Source: a virus (Duplodnaviria; Caudoviricetes). From it: a DNA stretch of 61,696 bases. Position numbers and translations under genes: made by a program. The notes beneath the pieces are model-generated. The model was not told where the DNA came from and made no database searches. It was given only the letters and a program-made list of their open reading frames with translations. Of this stretch, positions 56,041 through 61,696 are shown in pieces. The stretch covers positions 1 to 61,696 of the IMG/VR virus record IMGVR_UViG_3300035703_000096; one strand, 5' to 3'. Positions within the stretch are counted from its first letter, which is position 1. The number at the start of each line of letters is the position of its first letter.

Positions 56041-56778
56041 TCAATCTAAAATTTCGTCAATAAAATAATTGTCAATGTCATCAGTTGGATTCTCACCAAA
56101 GTATCTGTCGTATATCATAATAGCTCTCGCAACCTTAAGCTCACCACCTTTGATGAAGTTCTCAGTGGGTGTGAAGATACCGAGTTGCCCGCTTGTTTTG
56201 TCAATCACATAGAACACAAGTGGCTTACCAAATAAATACTGATAGATGTAAGCTTGGCTGTCATAGTTGTAAGCCTTGGCTGAGTACTTGAACTTATGGA
56301 TGTCAGAGGTTGTCTTAAGATCGATCAGCATATCATTGGTTACAATGTCAGCCTTACCTTTCCACATCTTGTCTTGTATCTTACCAATGGCAGGGACCTC
56401 ATACTGATTACCCTCTCTGTATATCTCATCAAAGAATGCGATATTGCTACGCATCTTTAGTGCAAGATTCTCTATCTCATCCATCTCTTTCTTGAGCAAA
56501 CAGAATGGAAGGTTGTGCTCCTCAACAAATGCTTTGTACTCCTTGGTTGTACGTGTACTTACATCAACGAACATTGTCTCCTTCGCTTTGTCCGGCTCGA
56601 TAAGTAACTGATGGAAGTACCTACCCTCAGCGAATGCTTTGTTATCTTCTCTCGACACACCATACTGAGCAGGGTTGCTCAGTAGGATGCCGATGTCTGA
56701 ATTGGATAGGAACTGCTTGCCAAACGTGCCGTAGTAGTCAGCGTCATTCGTTAGTTTCTGCAGTATCTCCTGACTCAT
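56041..56778 (-). CDS. PD-(D/E)XK exonuclease (RecE/ExoVIII, DUF3799-like)
   Basis: LSNSDI, G..FH..L.EP, KGKADI...DLKTT, YDSQAYIY. Confidence 0.85.
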   Translation of the reverse strand: MSQEILQKLTNDADYYGTFGKQFLSNSDIGILLSNPAQYGVSREDNKAFAEGRYFHQLLIEPDKAKETMFVDVSTRTTKEYKAFVEEHNLPFCLLKKEMDEIENLALKMRSNIAFFDEIYREGNQYEVPAIGKIQDKMWKGKADIVTNDMLIDLKTTSDIHKFKYSAKAYNYDSQAYIYQYLFGKPLVFYVIDKTSGQLGIFTPTENFIKGGELKVARAIMIYDRYFGENPTDDIDNYFIDEILD

Positions 56779-57403
56779 TTGCTGATTTGATTATGTTAGC
56801 AATCTCTTTCTTAATAGCCGGTGACATCTTGTACTTGCGTGTCAACTGCTTGCCTATCTTGTCAATACCAAGTGAGGCATTGGCTGAAACGTAGGCTACC
56901 ACCTTGTCCCAATTCTCTGAGTCTTTCTTGAGGTCAATCAAGGTATCAGCAGGCTTGGCATCGGGTGTCTTTGAAGACACAGGATGAGATGGTCTGTCGG
57001 TAGTAACCTCAGGCACATCCTCACCGGTCCACAAGCTAAGGCCAAGCCCATGCATGGCAATTGCCTTAGCAGTTGAACGCTGAATGGTTTTGTTGACATC
57101 AGTTGCTGTGACCTTGTCAATATGCACTGCATTGTTACGGAAATCCATAACCGGAAGGTAGTCAATGTGCTCGATGCCACCGACAGTGATACCCACTTTC
57201 ACCCAAGCAGTCTTGCCATCAGTGAAGTAGTTGTAACCGGTGTGGTCATGCTCATACACCTTACGTTGTGCATCAGGGTAAACAGCTTTGAGCATTGCCC
57301 AAGCATTGGCCCATGATAGATAGTCAAGGTTACCCTTGCGCTCGATTTTTTCCTTTACGCTGATCTCCGATAGCGTAGAGAAGATTGATTTTTTCTCTGA
57401 CAT
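56744..57403 (-). CDS. sak: Sak single-strand annealing protein (DUF1071)
   Basis: LDYLSWANAW, LPVMDFRN, NKTIQR...KAIAMHGLGL.LW.GED. Confidence 0.88.
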   Translation of the reverse strand: MSEKKSIFSTLSEISVKEKIERKGNLDYLSWANAWAMLKAVYPDAQRKVYEHDHTGYNYFTDGKTAWVKVGITVGGIEHIDYLPVMDFRNNAVHIDKVTATDVNKTIQRSTAKAIAMHGLGLSLWTGEDVPEVTTDRPSHPVSSKTPDAKPADTLIDLKKDSENWDKVVAYVSANASLGIDKIGKQLTRKYKMSPAIKKEIANIIKSANESGDTAETNE

Positions 57404-57427
57404 TTATTTGATTTGATTTGATTTGAT

Positions 57428-57727
57428 TTAGAATACAGAACGCTCGATATCTTTTACGATACTCACGTAGTCATTGTCACCTCTTATGCGGTCCTTCACT
57501 CTTTTAATCCCATGGATAATGGTTGAGTGACCGGTCTTGAATCCGGCTTCATTCATCCACTTCTCAATGTAAATGATTTTGATTTGACGCTTGTCACATA
57601 GAAAGTAAAGTAACTGACGCGCATCTACAATAGTGCGATGCTTAGTCTTTTTTATTAAGTCATCAGGCTCGATGTCGAACAGGTTGCATACCTTGCTGAC
57701 GTACTGATTGAATATGTCTTTTTTCAT
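57428..57727 (-). CDS. DnaA domain IV-like HTH protein
   Basis: IVDARQLLYFLC...HSTIIHG; promoter TATATTTG at 57753-57746. Confidence 0.75.
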   Translation of the reverse strand: MKKDIFNQYVSKVCNLFDIEPDDLIKKTKHRTIVDARQLLYFLCDKRQIKIIYIEKWMNEAGFKTGHSTIIHGIKRVKDRIRGDNDYVSIVKDIERSVF

Positions 57728-57764
57728 TTGATTAAATTATGAGCACAAATATAACACATTTAGT

Positions 57765-58070
57765 TTAAATGTCGTTCATATTGTTGAATTTATTTAGTTG
57801 ATTGATTAAATCCGTGAATGCAATTTCGTTTAGGTCAGTGAATGGCATGAGCCAATCCAAGCAGTATGATATTACCTCATCTTCAGTTGTGTTAGGCATT
57901 CTCCTTAGGTACACTCTACCTTCTGATAGGTTACTGATAGTATCATCATCGAACTCAGTTTCGATTTTGTTTTGATACATTTTGATCAGGTACATCGGTC
58001 CAATCTTCTCATAAGAACAGACACCACCATCTTCGGTCACTATTAGACCATCTTCTATTGCGTAATTCAT
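57765..58070 (-). CDS. Hypothetical protein
   Basis: ORF in operon. Confidence 0.7.
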   Translation of the reverse strand: MNYAIEDGLIVTEDGGVCSYEKIGPMYLIKMYQNKIETEFDDDTISNLSEGRVYLRRMPNTTEDEVISYCLDWLMPFTDLNEIAFTDLINQLNKFNNMNDI

Positions 58071-58079
58071 GGCGCAAAA

Positions 58080-58274
58080 TTACTTGTTTTTAATGATTGC
58101 TCGAATGATTTCTCTCTCCATGGTAATAGCCTTGTCATTCATGTAAATTTCTTTACCGATCTCATACACAGTAATAACTTTCTCTACGTTTTCTTTAGCG
58201 TCACTCTCGTATATGAAAGTGAAGTCAGTTGTGTCACGTATGTATGGTTCGATGATAATCTTAATGCTTTCCAT
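58080..58274 (-). CDS. Hypothetical protein
   Basis: ORF in operon. Confidence 0.6.
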   Translation of the reverse strand: MESIKIIIEPYIRDTTDFTFIYESDAKENVEKVITVYEIGKEIYMNDKAITMEREIIRAIIKNK

Positions 58275-58276
58275 GG

Positions 58277-58600
58277 TTACTTGAATTCATTGATTAGTAT
58301 TGTCATCTCCTCACTCTCCTTGTTGACCCAATCATTATCGACCCGGCCGAATAGGAATTGAGATTGCTTGCTCAGTTCTTTCTTTGCTATCGCCTCAGCA
58401 TTACTGCCGACTCGGGATAGGTTGACTACAATCATGCGCTTGGGAAAGTCATAGTCATTGGCCGGAGTATTGGCTGTGAATGACGTGATGTTGTCAGTGA
58501 TTTTGTAATTGCCAATCGCTGACGTGTGAAAAAGATTGAACACCTCAGGTGTACCATGTGTTAGTATCAAGAGGTAAGTGGCTGTGATTATTTTAATCAT
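58277..58600 (-). CDS. Hypothetical protein
   Basis: Likely ATG at 58600 (MIKIITATY); a palindrome lies just upstream. Confidence 0.6.
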   Translation of the reverse strand: MIKIITATYLLILTHGTPEVFNLFHTSAIGNYKITDNITSFTANTPANDYDFPKRMIVVNLSRVGSNAEAIAKKELSKQSQFLFGRVDNDWVNKESEEMTILINEFK

Positions 58601-58653
58601 ATTGATTTGGGTTTTAAGGAGGAGTGTCTTTGAAGACACTCCATCCTTGGTTA

Positions 58654-58836
58654 TTATTGATTGTTCTTTGCTCTTACGTCAAGCACTCTAAGGTACAGGT
58701 CAACATCAAAGCTGCCTCCCTTGTCTTTGCATTGGGTTAGAGATTGCTGTGTCCAAAACTTGATGGCCCTGCCCAAGTTAAATGGCTCTCGTGGTTCGTA
58801 TGGCTTTGTCATATTATCCAAAGATAACTTCTCCAT
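58654..58836 (-). CDS. Hypothetical protein
   Basis: ORF in operon. Confidence 0.55.
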   Translation of the reverse strand: MEKLSLDNMTKPYEPREPFNLGRAIKFWTQQSLTQCKDKGGSFDVDLYLRVLDVRAKNNQ

Positions 58837-59197
58837 AGAATACTTGTTGCAAGATTACCTCAGCAGTAATAGCATCGTCCTGCTCATTGATGGCATCCAT
58901 CAAGTGCCTGACGTCAGTGTCAGATACACGATTGTGTACGTCAGCCAATGTGATGACAGCCGGATCCTCTCCGCTCTCATTGTCAATGAGCGTCAGTGTA
59001 CCACCCTCTCGTAGCACCTGCACCCACACATCCTCAAGGCATGGTGATATGCCATCCTTCTCAAGGTTGTGCCTTGCTCTGTGGTATTGGTCATCATCAT
59101 GATCGATGGTTAGACCCATGTGTGATAGCCCATGGCCATTGCATAAAGCGTTCAAGAATATATTCTCAGACTCCTCGGGTGTTAAAATTATTTTCAT
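58814..59197 (-). CDS. Hypothetical protein (...DAITAEVILQQVFYGEVIFG)
   Basis: C-terminal pattern common in phage early proteins. Confidence 0.75.
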   Translation of the reverse strand: MKIILTPEESENIFLNALCNGHGLSHMGLTIDHDDDQYHRARHNLEKDGISPCLEDVWVQVLREGGTLTLIDNESGEDPAVITLADVHNRVSDTDVRHLMDAINEQDDAITAEVILQQVFYGEVIFG

Positions 59198-59421
59198 TTC
59201 TCTAATTGGTATTTTTTAGTTGAACTTACTTCTCTGTAAACAGGTAACTCGGATTTAAATAGTTTTTGGATTCGATATACATCCATCCATTGTACTGATT
59301 CCCATAGGCCACGTATGTTTTTGACATGAAGTCTCCACATATTTGGTCCACCGAAATCACCGGTATCCTTCTCGGCTTTTAGATTGTTCTCAACAATCTC
59401 GCAGTACTTAATTTTGCTCAT
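59194..59421 (-). CDS. Hypothetical protein
   Basis: Overlapping ORF in operon. Confidence 0.65.
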   Translation of the reverse strand: MSKIKYCEIVENNLKAEKDTGDFGGPNMWRLHVKNIRGLWESVQWMDVYRIQKLFKSELPVYREVSSTKKYQLEK

Positions 59422-59845
59422 CTTGCCTGTTGATTATCTCAGTTATTTCATCTTCAAAGTTATCCAAGTTGAAGGATCCGGAACGCATGAGGTCAGTCTC
59501 GTCAATATCTACACTTGCAGTCACTCGCACCTCATCCCCATAATCATTCGTGTCCATCGTAATGGCTTCACTGAAGTTATAGTTGTCTACGCAGTTACCA
59601 ACATATGTCTCAGCATAGTTGAGGGCAAGCCTGCCTATCTCTTTAATCTTTTCTTCAGACATCACGCTTCGCGTTGGAGTGTCTTCGATGACACTAAATG
59701 TCTCACGCAATTTGTTGGTGTAAGCACTGATGATTGCAGACACGTCTTGACGTGTGAAGATTGAACCGCACATTACACTTTGATTTTCTGTTAACGATGT
59801 CAGGAACTCCCTCTCTGCATCGTTGATGATGTTGATGTTTTTCAT
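59408..59845 (-). CDS. Hypothetical acidic protein
   Basis: 145-aa ORF. Confidence 0.7.
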   Translation of the reverse strand: MKNINIINDAEREFLTSLTENQSVMCGSIFTRQDVSAIISAYTNKLRETFSVIEDTPTRSVMSEEKIKEIGRLALNYAETYVGNCVDNYNFSEAITMDTNDYGDEVRVTASVDIDETDLMRSGSFNLDNFEDEITEIINRQDEQN

Positions 59846-59858
59846 CTTTATTTATTTG

Positions 59859-60083
59859 TTAGCGGTCATGCCTAACGACAAAACCCCTACGCTCATCTTC
59901 CTCTATTGCAGCTTGGCAGTAATTAAACTTTGTTCCATCCCATCCATGCCCTTCAATAATTACAGGCACTACTTCCCCTTTGTGTTCTTCACAAGAGCCT
60001 TCACAGGCACGAACCGCTAACACATTATTTGCGTCAGCAGGGCTGATGTGCGGTTGTTGAGTTTTTGTTTCTTTGTTTTGCAT
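59859..60083 (-). CDS. Hypothetical protein
   Basis: 74-aa ORF. Confidence 0.6.
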   Translation of the reverse strand: MQNKETKTQQPHISPADANNVLAVRACEGSCEEHKGEVVPVIIEGHGWDGTKFNYCQAAIEEDERRGFVVRHDR

Positions 60084-60108
60084 TTGTGATATATTTAAAG
60101 TTTAGTAA

Positions 60109-60822
60109 TTATAATTCCCTGCCGAACGCAAATAATCGTCCGTTAGTAATTACAAAACCTGTTCTGTCATGCTTAGCTTTACCCTTGGCCTTGAGCCCGA
60201 GGACAGTTCCCGGAAACAAGTCAAGCATTAAATCGTCACGCTCATCACCATCCACAACCGGATAGTTGTACCACGTGTCAGGTAGTTCGTCAAACACAGC
60301 AGCTACAATACCACCATTGCTCAGTACTTGAATCGCCTCATGCTCATTCTCCTCCGAGCGTGAGAAAGCAACCTTGTACATGTGACCGCTCTGCAGTATG
60401 AATGATCCGGCCCGAGGCAATACCTTGGTGTAGTCATAGAACACCACGTTCTTGGCAATCGTGTGTCTACTCACAAGCACATCCACAATCTTTGTGTCAG
60501 ATGTCCCATTCAAGCGGACAGCTAACTCATCGACACGCTTTGCCTTGCGATTGATTTCATCAGCGATGCTCTCATAAAACAAATCAGTCTCATTGAGAAA
60601 CATCTCAGTGCGTTTCATCCGTGCGGCCTGCACATTTGAGAAAGCGCCACGGCCTGCAGTGTACAAGCATGCTGCTAAGCAACCCGCCGATGCCTTAGGG
60701 CAAAGATTGCGCCCCTTGCTGTTCTGTGTTGATGGAGACATGTAAAGAATCAATGTCTCGCGATTGTTCTTGGCAGTCTTGCTATTGGTGCTGCCGTCAG
60801 ATAAAATCTGATATCTTTTCAT
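60109..60822 (-). CDS. GP88-family protein (Cys motif, radical-SAM-like)
   Basis: CPKASAGCLAACL, RLNGTSD, FYDYTK, VDGD..D. Confidence 0.75.
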   Translation of the reverse strand: MKRYQILSDGSTNSKTAKNNRETLILYMSPSTQNSKGRNLCPKASAGCLAACLYTAGRGAFSNVQAARMKRTEMFLNETDLFYESIADEINRKAKRVDELAVRLNGTSDTKIVDVLVSRHTIAKNVVFYDYTKVLPRAGSFILQSGHMYKVAFSRSEENEHEAIQVLSNGGIVAAVFDELPDTWYNYPVVDGDERDDLMLDLFPGTVLGLKAKGKAKHDRTGFVITNGRLFAFGREL

Positions 60823-61180
60823 GATGTATTAATTCGTTTTGTAGGTACACATTACACTCGTTGTTGGTCTCCGAGTAACTGACAATGTACCATTTATTGC
60901 CAATTAAAAATTCTTTGATGAAGTCAGTAGTGGGTTCATCCGCAATGCATATCATCACCCATGCATCATCAGTGAGTTGGACATGGAAGTATTGATAGTC
61001 GCGCTCATCGTCCCACTCAGTGTAGTAAGATTCACCGAGGTCAACCATGAGGTCCCATTCTTTCTCAGTGTAGTGTCTTCGAAGACACTCGTCACTGCAG
61101 TAGTAAAAGACGCCTGCGTCAATTACATACCCATCATTCATACCGCATCCGCAGATGCTACATTTTCTTGCGTAAAGCAT
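60797..61180 (-). CDS. Hypothetical Cys-rich protein
   Basis: RKCSICG.GM.DGY...YYCSDEC...YYTEW. Confidence 0.7.
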   Translation of the reverse strand: MLYARKCSICGCGMNDGYVIDAGVFYYCSDECLRRHYTEKEWDLMVDLGESYYTEWDDERDYQYFHVQLTDDAWVMICIADEPTTDFIKEFLIGNKWYIVSYSETNNECNVYLQNELIHHEKISDFI

Positions 61181-61415
61181 AGTTCAATAGTTTTAAGAAT
61201 TCATAAATCTCTTGTCCGTACAAGTCTTCAAGTTCGCGCTCAGTCAAATAGAACCGACTGACCTTCTCATCACCAAGGTACTGATGACTAATCATGTCAA
61301 TTAAGTTAGCGTACACCACCGCTTCGCCATCCTTGATGATGACATGGATATGGTGCTCTCCATCGGTGCGACATTCATACAGCTTGTCGGCACGCAAGTG
61401 TTCTTGGATTATCAT
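61158..61415 (-). CDS. Hypothetical protein
   Basis: ORF in operon. Confidence 0.65.
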   Translation of the reverse strand: MIIQEHLRADKLYECRTDGEHHIHVIIKDGEAVVYANLIDMISHQYLGDEKVSRFYLTERELEDLYGQEIYEFLKLLNYALRKKM

Positions 61416-61661
61416 ATGTATTTCATTATGGTTTTAGTTACACGCTCGTGTTGGAACAATTTCTCTATAGTGTCAGTTCTAATCTCACTATTAGGATTGC
61501 CTGCGTAAGTAGAAAATTCTATAGTTTCAAGAGTGTAAACAGAAAAGTTACCGCAATCGCTATATGTATAAGATTTCCTCACTCCTAAACTTATTGAGAA
61601 AGCTCTCTCTATACGGCTATGATGGTTAAATTCCCAATTATATCCATACTCAATTTTGTCA
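61412..61661 (-). CDS. 3' part of the junction-spanning ORF that begins at 260
   Basis: In frame across the circular junction. Confidence 0.75.
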
Positions 61662-61696
61662 TACGCTTTTGACTTGATAATGAATAAATGCCCTAA
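61662..61696. repeat. Terminal overlap (identical to 1-35)
   Basis: Exact 35-bp match. Confidence 0.97.

Larger units (their letters stand above)
54246..61088. repeat. Palindromes GTGTCTTYRAAGACAC at 54246, 56965, 58624, 59679 (1 mismatch), 61073
   Basis: Read directly. Confidence 0.95.

Noticed and set aside
1-61696. Stop-codon recoding, DGR/retron, integrase or virion RNA polymerase
   Set aside because: Genes are intact in the standard code, and I recognised no reverse-transcriptase, recombinase or RNA polymerase (DxDxD) motif

Overview
The window is a complete circular or circularly permuted dsDNA tailed-phage genome of about 61.66 kb. Bases 61662-61696 repeat bases 1-35, and an ORF reads across the junction. 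The host is inferred to be a Bacteroidota bacterium, because TAnnTTTG promoters precede most operons and the primase is BT4734-like. The + strand arm (4.6-44.6 kb) encodes GroEL/GroES, small basic proteins, lysis genes, terminase, portal, scaffold, capsid, short-tail (crAss/podovirus-like) proteins, ejection proteins and a 2758-aa polyvalent protein. The - strand arm (61.7-44.6 kb and 4.0-0 kb) encodes early genes, Sak/RecE recombination, a primase-helicase, an SF2 helicase, and adjacent Acb2/Tad1-like and Tad2-like anti-defence genes. I recognised no DNA polymerase, RNA polymerase or integrase. The main unexplained signal is a 16-bp palindrome, GTGTCTTYRAAGACAC, present in at least 16 copies and embedded in genes in all three frames. 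Its density decays steadily leftwards from a compositionally distinct island (about 2.8-4.57 kb) that is rich in polar GCGGGGC repeats and encodes one HTH-like protein. This is a candidate parS-like DNA-entry or protection system. Also notable are a nested tRNA-like RNA with an upstream pseudoknot, used as an insertion site for an HNH cassette, and near-total avoidance of CCAG/CTGG. All protein calls come from motif recognition by eye; no database searches were run.
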